Shown in pieces: positions 49,590-58,746 of a DNA stretch of 64,000 nt. Origin of the DNA: Calditrichia bacterium (GTDB lineage: Bacteria; Calditrichota; Calditrichia; RBG-13-44-9; J075); assembly GCA_050633245.1 (NCBI GenBank), contig JBOEGD010000001.1, positions 128,001 to 192,000 on the forward strand, read 5' to 3'. The translations under genes and the position numbers were made by a program. The notes under the pieces were generated by a model. It saw nothing but the letters and a program-made list of their open reading frames with translations, was not told the DNA's origin and searched no databases. How positions within the stretch are numbered: position 1 is the first letter of the stretch; each line of letters starts with the position of its first letter.

Positions 49590-50816
49590 ATGTCAAAAAA
49601 TGGTAAGCTAAAAGTATTATTCCTTTCGCAGCGCTTTTTATTCCCAATGGACACTGGCGGTAAGATCCGTACCGGGAAAATTCTTGAGCAGCTGAAAGAT
49701 TTGGTGTCGTTAACGGTGATCAGCAATGTAGAGTCACCCAAAGACGATAAGTATCTGGACGATATGAAAGCGCTTTGTGATCAATTTATTCCAGTTCCAT
49801 GGAAGGAAATGGAGCGATATAACATGAAGTTTTATATGAAAATCGCAGCCCAATCGTTTTCAAAATATCCCATTTCGGTTTTGAATGATTATTCGAAGTC
49901 GTTGGAAGAAGCGGTTATCAAGGAACTGAAGAACGAGACTTATGATCTCGCAATATGCGATTTCCTGCAGTCTACTCTGAACTTCCAGCATGTGCAGAAC
50001 ATTCAAACGCTCCTATTTCAGCACAATGTTGAAGCAACTATTACGCTGCGGCATCTCGAGAAGGCGAAAGATCCTGTCTCGAAAGTGTTTTGGTCGCTAC
50101 AGCATAAGAGAATGATGCGTCATGAAAAAGAAATGTGTAACAAATTTGATGGAACCATTGCCGTGTCCGGAAAAGATCGCGAACGCATGGAAGAATGGTT
50201 CGGCGCAAATAGCGTATATGATATTCCTACCGGAGTAGATACTGATTATTATCAGCCCTCGCCGGAGGTTGAGGAGAAGAAACAGCTTGTGTTTACCGGT
50301 TCAATGGACTGGCTGCCTAACGAAGACGCAATGATTTACTTTGTTGATAAGATTTTCCCGCTTATCAAGAAGGAAGAGCCAGATACCAAGCTGGTGATTG
50401 TAGGACGGCGTCCAACGCCTTCGCTGTTGAAGCTGACTGAAGGTCGAGAGGATATAGAAACCACCGGCTGGGTAGATGATACGCGTCCATACATTGCTGA
50501 AAGCGCAGTGTTTATTGTGCCAATTCGTATTGGTGGCGGAACACGTATGAAGATCTACGAAGCACTTGCAATGGGCAAAGCGATGGTCTCTACCGCGGTA
50601 GGAGCAGAGGGACTGCCTTTGGAACATGGTGAACAGATTATGTTCGCCGACGAAGAACAGAACTTTGCCGATCGCACTGTTGAGCTGCTGCGCAGTGCTG
50701 AACTTCGCAAAAAGCTGGGCGAAACTGCAAGAGAATATGTATATACCAACTTTCGCTGGGGTAAAGTTGCAGAAGTCTTCACGGACATCTGTAATACGGT
50801 AGCGCAAAAGAAGTAG
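49590..50816 (+). CDS. Glycosyltransferase family 4
   Basis: GGKIRT, FQHNVE, FTGSMDWLPN, GGTRMKIYEA, GAEGL. Confidence 0.9.
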   Translation: MSKNGKLKVLFLSQRFLFPMDTGGKIRTGKILEQLKDLVSLTVISNVESPKDDKYLDDMKALCDQFIPVPWKEMERYNMKFYMKIAAQSFSKYPISVLNDYSKSLEEAVIKELKNETYDLAICDFLQSTLNFQHVQNIQTLLFQHNVEATITLRHLEKAKDPVSKVFWSLQHKRMMRHEKEMCNKFDGTIAVSGKDRERMEEWFGANSVYDIPTGVDTDYYQPSPEVEEKKQLVFTGSMDWLPNEDAMIYFVDKIFPLIKKEEPDTKLVIVGRRPTPSLLKLTEGREDIETTGWVDDTRPYIAESAVFIVPIRIGGGTRMKIYEALAMGKAMVSTAVGAEGLPLEHGEQIMFADEEQNFADRTVELLRSAELRKKLGETAREYVYTNFRWGKVAEVFTDICNTVAQKK

Positions 50817-50872
50817 GAACGCGCTGTTTAGCGTTCTGTTTGTATCAGCGCGATGTTTGCACAAGATGATTG

Positions 50873-50907
50873 TAAGAAATAAGAAATAAGAAATCATAAA
50901 TCATAAC
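50873..50907. repeat. Heptamer tandem repeat
   Basis: taagaaa x3, tcataaa, tcataac. Confidence 0.75.
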
Positions 50908-50937
50908 TATTTAAATCTCATCTCGGAGGGTAATGCC

Positions 50938-52251
50938 TTGAGAATAGCTGTTTTTGGACTAGGATATGTTGGCTGTATTTCAGCCGCAAGTTTTGCAAAA
51001 GAAGGTAATCAGGTAATTGGAGTAGACGTTTCACCAGACAAGGTTGATATTATTAATGCCGGAAAATCACCGATTGTAGAGCCGGGATTAGAAGAAGGTA
51101 TTGCATCCGCTGTGGCAAATGGTTCGCTAAGAGCCGTCAGCTCCTGCGAAGAAGCCATTGCCAATAGCGATATTTCGCTGGTTTGTGTAGGTACACCAAG
51201 TGCACGCAACGGCAGCGTTAAACTGGATTATATCTATCGTGTAGCTGAGCAAATCGGTGATGCGCTGAAAAAAGTTGACCACTACCATGTATTCGTTATT
51301 CGAAGCACCGTTCTACCCGGAACGCACGAGCGATGTGTAAAGATTATTGCCGAACAGTCAGGCAAGAAGCCTGGTGAAGGCTTTGGCGTTTGCTCCAACC
51401 CGGAGTTTTTGCGTGAAGGAACTGCACTAAAAGATTTCTACTCTCCGCCGTATACCGTAATCGGTGAAATGGATAAACGCAGTGGTGACTATTTGGCTGA
51501 AATTTACAAGCCGCTTGATGCGCCCCTTATTCGCACTGAGGTAAAAGTAGCAGAGACCGTAAAGTATGCGAATAATGTTTGGCATGCAGTCAAGGTAGCC
51601 TTTGGTAACGAAATGGGTACGCTCTGTAAGCGTGAGGGCATTGACAGCCATAAACTGATGGAAATCTTCTGTATGGATACCAAGTTGAATCTGTCTCCGT
51701 ACTATCTGAAGCCGGGATTTGCTTTTGGTGGCTCCTGCTTGCCGAAAGACGTGCGCGCCATTACCTATCGTGCAAAGGACCGCGACCTGGATCTGCCGAT
51801 GTTAAATGCTGTGATGAAGAGCAATGAAGTTCATGTTGAGCGCTCCGCTCAGCTGGTAATGGATCAGGGCAAGAAAAAGATTGGTATTCTTGGACTTAGC
51901 TTCAAAGCCAATACCGATGACCTGCGTGAAAGCCCGATGGTTGATGTTGTTGAGACGCTTATTGGTAAAGGTTACGACATCAAAATCTACGACCGCAATG
52001 TGCAGCTGGCAAAATTGTTCGGTGCCAACAAAGAATATATCAACGACAAGATCCCGCATATCTCGGGTCTGATGGTTGAAAGCATCGAGGAAGTGCTGTC
52101 GCACGCCGAAGTTGTAGTAATCGGCAACAATAGTAAAGAATTCGACGAGAAGCTGGAAAGCCATAGTGGCGAGTATAAAATTGTCGACTTTGTGCGCATG
52201 GCTCAGGATACCGAGAAGTATCCGAGTGATTACGAAGGCCTGTGCTGGTAA
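50938..52251 (+). CDS. algD: GDP-mannose 6-dehydrogenase (AlgD-like nucleotide-sugar dehydrogenase)
   Basis: GLGYVG, SPIVEPGL, NPEFLREG, N.WHA.KV, PGFAFGGSCLPKD, DDLRESP; TTG start 8 nt after GGAGG. Substrate assignment is inferred from resemblance to AlgD. Confidence 0.75.
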   Translation: MRIAVFGLGYVGCISAASFAKEGNQVIGVDVSPDKVDIINAGKSPIVEPGLEEGIASAVANGSLRAVSSCEEAIANSDISLVCVGTPSARNGSVKLDYIYRVAEQIGDALKKVDHYHVFVIRSTVLPGTHERCVKIIAEQSGKKPGEGFGVCSNPEFLREGTALKDFYSPPYTVIGEMDKRSGDYLAEIYKPLDAPLIRTEVKVAETVKYANNVWHAVKVAFGNEMGTLCKREGIDSHKLMEIFCMDTKLNLSPYYLKPGFAFGGSCLPKDVRAITYRAKDRDLDLPMLNAVMKSNEVHVERSAQLVMDQGKKKIGILGLSFKANTDDLRESPMVDVVETLIGKGYDIKIYDRNVQLAKLFGANKEYINDKIPHISGLMVESIEEVLSHAEVVVIGNNSKEFDEKLESHSGEYKIVDFVRMAQDTEKYPSDYEGLCW

Positions 52252-52257
52252 CTAATA

Positions 52258-52393
52258 GTTCGAAGTTCATCGTTCAAAGTTCGGGATCTTAAGTCTTGAA
52301 CTTTGAACGAGCATATAACCGGAACATGCGTATTAAAACACGTTTTTCACGCAGTTTTTCAGAACTCAGAACTCAGAACTCAGAACTCAGAAC
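52258..52393. repeat. Heptamer-built 16-bp hairpin plus TCAGAAC x5
   Basis: CGTTCAAAGTTCGGGA/TCTTGAACTTTGAACG (52271-52309); five perfect TCAGAAC at 52359-52393. Confidence 0.9.
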
Positions 52394-52415
52394 TTATACC
52401 CTGGACTAACCTATC

Positions 52416-53594
52416 GTGGAAATTTACATTTATATATTCTGGATCAGCGTTTTTTTATTGATCTACCCCTATCTGATTTACCCGCCATTGTTAATGCTCT
52501 ATACCCGTATTTTCGGTGGTAAAGTAGCGGTAGCCGAAGACCCGAAAGAATGGCCGGCCGTTTCCTTTATCATCTCTGCTTACAATGAAGAAGCGGTAAT
52601 TCAGGAAAAGATTGAAAATACGCTGAGCCTCGACTATCCGAAAGGCAAACTGGATATTGTGGTCATCTCCGACGCAAGCAGCGATCGCACCGACGATATC
52701 GTTCGGGAAATGTCTGACAAGCACGGTAACATAAAGCTGGTGCGTCAGGAAGAGCGTAAGGGGAAGTCGGCAGGCCTCAATCATGGAATTAAAGAGACAA
52801 CCGGCGACGTTATCGTTTTCTCCGACGCGAATGCGATGTTTAACAACGATGCGATTAAAGAACTGACGCGTTATTTCAGTACTCCGGATATTGGATATGT
52901 TATAGGTGCTGCCCTGTATAACGAGAACAAGGACAGCGAAGCAACCGAAAGCGAAGGACTCTACTGGAAGTTTGAACTGTTTGTGAAGGAACTGGAATCG
53001 AAATTTTATTCTGTCGTTGGCGGCGACGGAGCTATTTATGCAACCCGCAAAGGGTTGTTCTGGGATTTAAAGGATGACGATATTAATGACTTTGTGAACC
53101 CGTTACAGATCGTATCCAAAGGCTATCGTGGAATCATTAATCCGAAAGCTATTTGCTATGAAGACGCCGCAGAAAACTTCGATAAGGAATTCGGCCGCAA
53201 GCGTCGCATTGTAAATCGCTCATGGCGTGCGGTAACCCGCTATATCAGTTGGTTTAGCCCGCTTCAGCATGCAAAATTTTTGTTCGAGTTGTTCTCTCAC
53301 AAAGTTATTCGCTGGTTTAGCTTGATGATTATGACGGTCTGTTTGTTAAGCAATATTGCCATCTTGCTGTTACACCCAACACCTCTGTATGTGGTTACGC
53401 TGCTTGGCCAGATTGCATTTATAATCGCAGCTTTGCTGGGAGCAAATCTTGACGCACGGAACAAGCCGATGCCCAAGCTGCTCTATTTACCCTACTACTT
53501 CTGCTTCGTTAATTTGGCCGGTCTGCTGGGAATTATTGACCAATTTCGTGGAATTCGGCATGCAACCTGGGAACATGTGAGAGAAACACAATAG
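52416..53594 (+). CDS. Glycosyltransferase family 2, membrane-bound (CESA-like subfamily)
   Basis: IISAYNEE, SDASSDRT, FSDAN, GGDGAIYA, RKRRI; TM segments at both ends. Confidence 0.88.
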   Translation: MEIYIYIFWISVFLLIYPYLIYPPLLMLYTRIFGGKVAVAEDPKEWPAVSFIISAYNEEAVIQEKIENTLSLDYPKGKLDIVVISDASSDRTDDIVREMSDKHGNIKLVRQEERKGKSAGLNHGIKETTGDVIVFSDANAMFNNDAIKELTRYFSTPDIGYVIGAALYNENKDSEATESEGLYWKFELFVKELESKFYSVVGGDGAIYATRKGLFWDLKDDDINDFVNPLQIVSKGYRGIINPKAICYEDAAENFDKEFGRKRRIVNRSWRAVTRYISWFSPLQHAKFLFELFSHKVIRWFSLMIMTVCLLSNIAILLLHPTPLYVVTLLGQIAFIIAALLGANLDARNKPMPKLLYLPYYFCFVNLAGLLGIIDQFRGIRHATWEHVRETQ

Positions 53595-53627
53595 CCATAG
53601 CCGGCACAACGTGGAGATATAACAACT

Positions 53628-55502
53628 ATGTGTGGAATTGTTGGAATTTACAACTTTGATAAAAGCAAGACTGTTCAGCAAGCTCATCTGAAGGCCATGG
53701 CTGACAGAATGGAACATCGTGGTCCGGATGATCAGGGGTTTCATATTCAGGATAACGTAGGAATTGGTATGCGCCGCCTGAGTATTATTGACCTCGGTGG
53801 TGGACATCAGCCAATTTATACACAGGACCGTGAGAAGGTTATTGTCTTCAATGGTGAAGTGTATAATTACGGTGATCATCGTCCTGATCTGGAAAAGAAT
53901 GGACACAAATTTGATACCCATTCAGACACCGAAGTCGTGCTGCATCTCTACGAAGAGCACGGAATTGATTTTCTCGAAAAATTGAACGGAATGTTTGGTC
54001 TGGCTATCTGGCATAACCAGAAAAAAGAATTGATTATTGCCCGAGACCGTATTGGTATTAAGCCAATGTATTACTATCGCGATAGCGAGAAACTAATTTT
54101 TGCCTCCGAGGTGAAGTCTATTCTGGCGTTGCCCTTTATTAAAGCGGAGCTGGATTTAGGCGGCCTTGGCACGTTCTTGAAATATGGCTTTACGCCTGCA
54201 CCACACTCGATGTTTAAAAATATTCAAAAGATTCCTCCGGCGCACTTCATGCGTATTAAGGGGAACGATGTTGAGATTAAGCGATATTGGGATCTCGACT
54301 ATATGCCAAAACACACCGGTACGGAAGATCAAATTGGCGAAGAGCTTTACGAACTGCTTAAAGATGCCGTTCGCTATCGCATGATAGCCGATGTGCCGCT
54401 GGGTGCATTTTTGAGCGGTGGTATGGATTCGAGTGGTATCGTGCATCTGATGTCTGAGTTGGGTAGCAAATCCACCAGCACCTATAGTATTGGATTTGGC
54501 AAAGGATTTGAATTTTATAATGAACTCGATGCCGCCGGTCAATTCGCAAAGGACTATAATACAAATCACCATGAAATTATGGTTGAACCGGACGTGGCGG
54601 ATTTATTTCCCAAACTTATTCAATCGCTGGATGAACCATTAGCAGATTCCTCGTTTGTGGTCACCTACCTGGTGTCTAAGCTGGCTCGTCAATCTTCTAC
54701 GGTCATTCTTTCCGGAGTAGGTGGCGATGAGTTGTTTGGTGGCTATCGTCGCTATCTGAACGTACAGATGAACAAGTATGTGAAGATGATCCCTTTTTGG
54801 GCACGTAAGCATATTTTAAAGCGTGCGCTAAATGCTGTTCCAATTGATCGCAACAATACGATGCTCAATTACTTCCGCCTGGCGAAAGGATATATTAACT
54901 CTGCCGAACTTGAACTACAGCAGCAGTATGGTTCATATACATCCATTTTTAATGACGACTTTCAACGTCAACTGACCTTGCAGGAGCAGAATGTTCCGGA
55001 TTACTACGAGAAGTATTTTGAAGAGTGTAATTCACCGCATCTGTTAGACAAGATTATGTATTACGATCTTAAGACATCTCTGCCAGAGCAGCTACTAATG
55101 CTTACCGATAAGATGACTATGGCGACGTCATTGGAAGCACGCGTGCCGTTTTTGGATCACCGGATGGTTGAATTTGCCGCACGTATTCCAAATGAGCTGA
55201 AGATAAAGGGATTTAAGCTGCGCCATATTCAGAAGCACATTTTTGAGGGTAAATTGCCGGACTACGTGCTGCACAAGAAGAAAAAAGGTTTTGGCGCGCC
55301 GGTTGGCAGTTGGATTCGCGAGGAATTAAAAGAAATGACCTTCGATTTGTTGAGTGAGTCAAACTTGAAGAAGCAGGGGGTATTCAATCCAGCCACTGTT
55401 CAGACTATTTTAGACGACCACTTTAATATGCGCGAGGACTATAGCGATCACCTGTTATCCCTGATTGCCTTCCAAATTTGGTACGATCAGTACTTGGCAT
55501 AG
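53628..55502 (+). CDS. asnB: Asparagine synthase-like glutamine amidotransferase
   Basis: MCGI, HRGPD, RRLSIID, FNGEVYN, LSGGMDSS, SGVGGDELFGGY, SLEARVPFLD. Confidence 0.93.
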   Translation: MCGIVGIYNFDKSKTVQQAHLKAMADRMEHRGPDDQGFHIQDNVGIGMRRLSIIDLGGGHQPIYTQDREKVIVFNGEVYNYGDHRPDLEKNGHKFDTHSDTEVVLHLYEEHGIDFLEKLNGMFGLAIWHNQKKELIIARDRIGIKPMYYYRDSEKLIFASEVKSILALPFIKAELDLGGLGTFLKYGFTPAPHSMFKNIQKIPPAHFMRIKGNDVEIKRYWDLDYMPKHTGTEDQIGEELYELLKDAVRYRMIADVPLGAFLSGGMDSSGIVHLMSELGSKSTSTYSIGFGKGFEFYNELDAAGQFAKDYNTNHHEIMVEPDVADLFPKLIQSLDEPLADSSFVVTYLVSKLARQSSTVILSGVGGDELFGGYRRYLNVQMNKYVKMIPFWARKHILKRALNAVPIDRNNTMLNYFRLAKGYINSAELELQQQYGSYTSIFNDDFQRQLTLQEQNVPDYYEKYFEECNSPHLLDKIMYYDLKTSLPEQLLMLTDKMTMATSLEARVPFLDHRMVEFAARIPNELKIKGFKLRHIQKHIFEGKLPDYVLHKKKKGFGAPVGSWIREELKEMTFDLLSESNLKKQGVFNPATVQTILDDHFNMREDYSDHLLSLIAFQIWYDQYLA

Positions 55503-55509
55503 CAGGGCC

Positions 55510-55603
55510 GTAGATGTCGCGATGTTTCGTGTCTCTACTGCCGATTCACGAATACCGATTGCTGATTGCCGGTTCACAATTCACGATTCACGATTGCTGA
55601 CTT
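55510..55603. repeat. Degenerate GTAG-type REP followed by nine degenerate heptamers
   Basis: GTAGATGTCGCGATGTTTCGTGTCTCTAC (55510-55538); ccgattc acgaata ccgattg ctgattg ccggttc acaattc acgattc acgattg ctgactt run up to ATG 55604. Confidence 0.7.
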
Positions 55604-56374
55604 ATGAAAATTACACTTCTCATTCTCCTAACCGTCTTTAACATCTGGATGGTCTGGAAATATAAACAAGACAATGCCTTTCTGTTAAACTGGTCGAAAG
55701 GCCAGGTGTTGGAAGATGATAAGCCGAGTGAAAAGGCCATTAAACTGCTTACTTATATTCGTCAGAATTTGCGCACCAAACGCTGCCCTGATTCTTTTCT
55801 GCTGCCGATTTTTCGCTTCCTGCGTCCCACACCAAGGCAAATTGCCGTTAGTCAGGGAGATTGTGCAGATAAGTCCCGTTTGCTCATTACGCTCTTAAGG
55901 CTTCACGATGTGCCGGCATCAAAAGTTGCGCTACACGATGCGGAAGGTGTCTCTCGCCATGCTGTGGTAGAAGCAGAAATCGAAAACAACGGTCGCATGG
56001 TGATGGATGCCGTGTATGGTCTATATTTTCCGGCCGATAGCGGGTTTTATCATTCGCGCGACTTACAGAAGGACGAGTCACTTTTGCGCGATCGTGTTGC
56101 ACACCTGGTCGATCTTGGTGAAGATGTTTTACGTCCACCTCTGGAACGCTATCCCTATCATAAATACACTTATATGAACCCGCGCAGCATCAACTGGGAA
56201 AAGTCGATTGTTACCCGTATAGCTTACTCCGTACTGCACGTTTTTATAGGAGATAAGACAGATACTATTGAACGTCCGTTTTTTGTTGAGCGACCTGCAA
56301 TAATGCTTTTAATTGTCGGTTTGTTCGCACAACTTGGCATTGTTTTAACTTATCTACCGGCACTATGGCGATAA
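55604..56374 (+). CDS. Transglutaminase-like membrane protein
   Basis: GDC..KS..L, HAVVE and MDA give a Cys-His-Asp triad; N- and C-terminal TM segments. Confidence 0.75.
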   Translation: MKITLLILLTVFNIWMVWKYKQDNAFLLNWSKGQVLEDDKPSEKAIKLLTYIRQNLRTKRCPDSFLLPIFRFLRPTPRQIAVSQGDCADKSRLLITLLRLHDVPASKVALHDAEGVSRHAVVEAEIENNGRMVMDAVYGLYFPADSGFYHSRDLQKDESLLRDRVAHLVDLGEDVLRPPLERYPYHKYTYMNPRSINWEKSIVTRIAYSVLHVFIGDKTDTIERPFFVERPAIMLLIVGLFAQLGIVLTYLPALWR

Positions 56375-56377
56375 AGG

Positions 56378-56440
56378 AATCATAATTCATCAATCATAAT
56401 TCATCAATCATAATTCATCAATCATAATTCATCAATCATA
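56378..56440. repeat. 14-bp tandem repeat AATCATAATTCATC x4.5
   Basis: Directly visible; fills almost the whole intergenic space. Confidence 0.95.
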
Positions 56441-56450
56441 TCTGGATATC

Positions 56451-57464
56451 ATGAATAAACAAGCTCTCTCTCTGCTTTTAAAAAAAGTGTTCTTTAAGTT
56501 CGGCGTGTACGGCTTCTTCCGCAGCCTGTTTCCCAATCGCAAGGTCTCAATTCTGCGTTATCATGCTGTTGTGCCAAATAAAGACAACTTTTATACATCG
56601 CATGCTATTGCCCTGTCTCCTGAAGAATTTGAGCGACATGTCCGTTATTTTGCCAGGAAATATACTGTTTTGTCTCTGGACGAAATCATTGATTTATTCA
56701 AGGAGAAAAAGCCGATACCCAAAAACAGTGTGGCTTTTACATTTGATGATGGCTATTTAGATAATTTGTTGGCAGCAAAAATCCTGAACAAATACGGCGC
56801 ACACGGCACGTTTTTTATCGTTACCGAAGCCATTGGACGCGAGTCTTTGCTCTGGCTCTCCGAAGTAACCTATATGTTGCTTAAAACGCCAAACACTTCC
56901 TTCCGCATTAACGCTGCAGAAAGCAACGAGACGCTTCCACTGGGCAATACGGTAGAACGTTGGAAAGCAATCCGTCATCTTGTAAAGCTTATAAAATCTA
57001 ACAATCGTGCAGTCCGCAAGGAAGTGCGTAAGCAGCTGCTGGAGCAAGTTGGAACACCGGAATTAGTGCAGGATGTAAAAGACCTGATGCTAACCTGGGA
57101 TCAGGTTAAGCAAATGGTTGATTTGGGGATGATTATTGGCTCGCATACTTTAAGTCACCTCAATCTGCCGAATGCCGAGCCGGATGATGCGGTCCAGGAG
57201 ATTACTCAAGCGAAGAAGGTGATCGAAGACCGCCTTGGAACTCAGGCAAGGCACTTCTCGTACCCGAACAGCGGGCCGTATGCTTATTTCGATGAGCGTA
57301 TTCGTAAGTATGTTGTGGAGGCTGGTTACGATAGCTCTTGCACTTCAAACAATGGCTTCGTTGATGCCGATAGCGATGCCTTTGCACTGGAACGCGTGCG
57401 CACGGTGCCAGACCTGGAAGAGGTTGTTCATGACATGGAGTGGTCGCGCGTTTTGGGTGGCTAA
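56451..57464 (+). CDS. Polysaccharide deacetylase (CE4/NodB)
   Basis: LRYHAV, TFDDGY, GSHTLSH, FSYPN. Confidence 0.88.
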   Translation: MNKQALSLLLKKVFFKFGVYGFFRSLFPNRKVSILRYHAVVPNKDNFYTSHAIALSPEEFERHVRYFARKYTVLSLDEIIDLFKEKKPIPKNSVAFTFDDGYLDNLLAAKILNKYGAHGTFFIVTEAIGRESLLWLSEVTYMLLKTPNTSFRINAAESNETLPLGNTVERWKAIRHLVKLIKSNNRAVRKEVRKQLLEQVGTPELVQDVKDLMLTWDQVKQMVDLGMIIGSHTLSHLNLPNAEPDDAVQEITQAKKVIEDRLGTQARHFSYPNSGPYAYFDERIRKYVVEAGYDSSCTSNNGFVDADSDAFALERVRTVPDLEEVVHDMEWSRVLGG

Positions 57465-57491
57465 TGGCCAAAGCATTGCTTAAGTTAAGCG

Positions 57492-58499
57492 ATGACTCGT
57501 CTAAAGCTACTCCTGCGCCTGAAGATATTCGTTCCGTTTTTGCTTTCTGCGCTTTTCCTCTATATCGCATTCCAGGATATTAACTTAAATGAGCTGTGGA
57601 AGTCGTTGCGTTCGGCTTCCATGGTCACTATCGTATTGGCTTCCGCCCTTGCTATTATGGCAATCTTGTTCCGTGCCTGGCGTTGGCAATTTCTGCTTCG
57701 TCCGCTAAAAAACCTGCCCTACAAACGCGTTTACCCAATTACCATGATTGGATTTATGGCGAACAATATTTTACCGGCTCATGCCGGGGAATTGGTGCGC
57801 GCATATATCCTTGCCAGAGAAGAAAAGATTGACGGTGTAGCCACGTTTACCACGGTATTACTCGAACGTATTTTGGACCTGGTTGCACTGGTAAGCATCT
57901 TGGCTATTGTGGCATACTCCGTAGAACTGCCAGACTGGTTGCGATATAGTGCTTTTGCACTCGGCTTTTTTGCCTGGGCCACGCTTGGAGTACTTTATGC
58001 GACTACTCTAAAAAATTCCAGGTTAAAGGGCTTTTTGACAGGTCTTGTTGAACGATTGCCAATAAAAGTTCGCGGCTATTTGCAGGCAAAGTTACATGCT
58101 GTTCTCGAAGGTGTAAAGATTGTCGGTAGCCGTCGCGTTCTGGCGAAGCTTATGGTTATGTCATTAGCGGTCTGGCTACAGCTGGCATTTACTATTTGGG
58201 TTGTCCTGGTGGGATATCCGCTGGAAAACCCACAACCATCTTTTATTCTTCCCGCCCTCACAGCCTTACTGCTGGTCGCATTTGCCGCTGCCATTCCTTC
58301 TTCTCCCGGTTATGTTGGGGTTACTCAGGTCGCGTTTGTTTATGCATTAGAGCCTTTCGGAATAGGACAAGCTGAGGCTGTTGGTGTATCTGTTGTTTAT
58401 CATCTAACACAGTATTTTCCTATTACATTGGCCGGGATTTGGTATTTGCTTCGTCTCGGATTTTCTTTCCGCACGCTTACCGAAGCGCGTGAGAAATAG
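57492..58499 (+). CDS. Lysylphosphatidylglycerol-synthase-TM-domain (UPF0104) flippase-like protein
   Basis: RAWRW, GFMANNILPAHAGELVR, ERILD, PSSPGYVG. Confidence 0.85.
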   Translation: MTRLKLLLRLKIFVPFLLSALFLYIAFQDINLNELWKSLRSASMVTIVLASALAIMAILFRAWRWQFLLRPLKNLPYKRVYPITMIGFMANNILPAHAGELVRAYILAREEKIDGVATFTTVLLERILDLVALVSILAIVAYSVELPDWLRYSAFALGFFAWATLGVLYATTLKNSRLKGFLTGLVERLPIKVRGYLQAKLHAVLEGVKIVGSRRVLAKLMVMSLAVWLQLAFTIWVVLVGYPLENPQPSFILPALTALLLVAFAAAIPSSPGYVGVTQVAFVYALEPFGIGQAEAVGVSVVYHLTQYFPITLAGIWYLLRLGFSFRTLTEAREK

Positions 58500-58645
58500 C
58501 CAAAAACGCCACATTTCGTTAGAAAACAACAGATTGGCTCTTTTCAAAGTGAACAAAATAATGGTCACCCTACCTAAATAATTAAGACTCTCCTGCGATT
58601 TTAGTGAAAGTTTGCAAAAAAAAATGAGCCAATTTTCTCAATTGT

Positions 58646-58674
58646 TTGACACGCCATAAAAAGTTTTGTATTAT
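58646..58674 (+). promoter_or_regulatory. Sigma-70 promoter of carAB
   Basis: TTGACA-N17-TATTAT. Confidence 0.7.
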
Positions 58675-58746
58675 GTGCCAATTTGTCTGTCTGAATAGCT
58701 CAGATGGTAAAAAAGTGATCTTCAAAGAAGCTGCCGGAGGTAACAT

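Noticed and set aside
50933-50941. Regulatory mini-ORF ATG-CCT-TGA overlapping the algD TTG start
   Set aside because: The ATG is only 3 nt from GGAGG while the TTG is optimally spaced; probably coincidental.
25775-52251. Alginate synthase operon (algD, algI-like, lyase-like)
   Set aside because: No Alg8/Alg44/AlgK/AlgE/AlgG; export is of the Wzx/Wzy/Wza/Wzc type.
53628-56374. AsnB + transglutaminase-like pair as a lasso-peptide cluster
   Set aside because: AsnB keeps the N-terminal Cys glutaminase domain. There is no PqqD/RRE protein or precursor, the transglutaminase is membrane-anchored, and the context is EPS.
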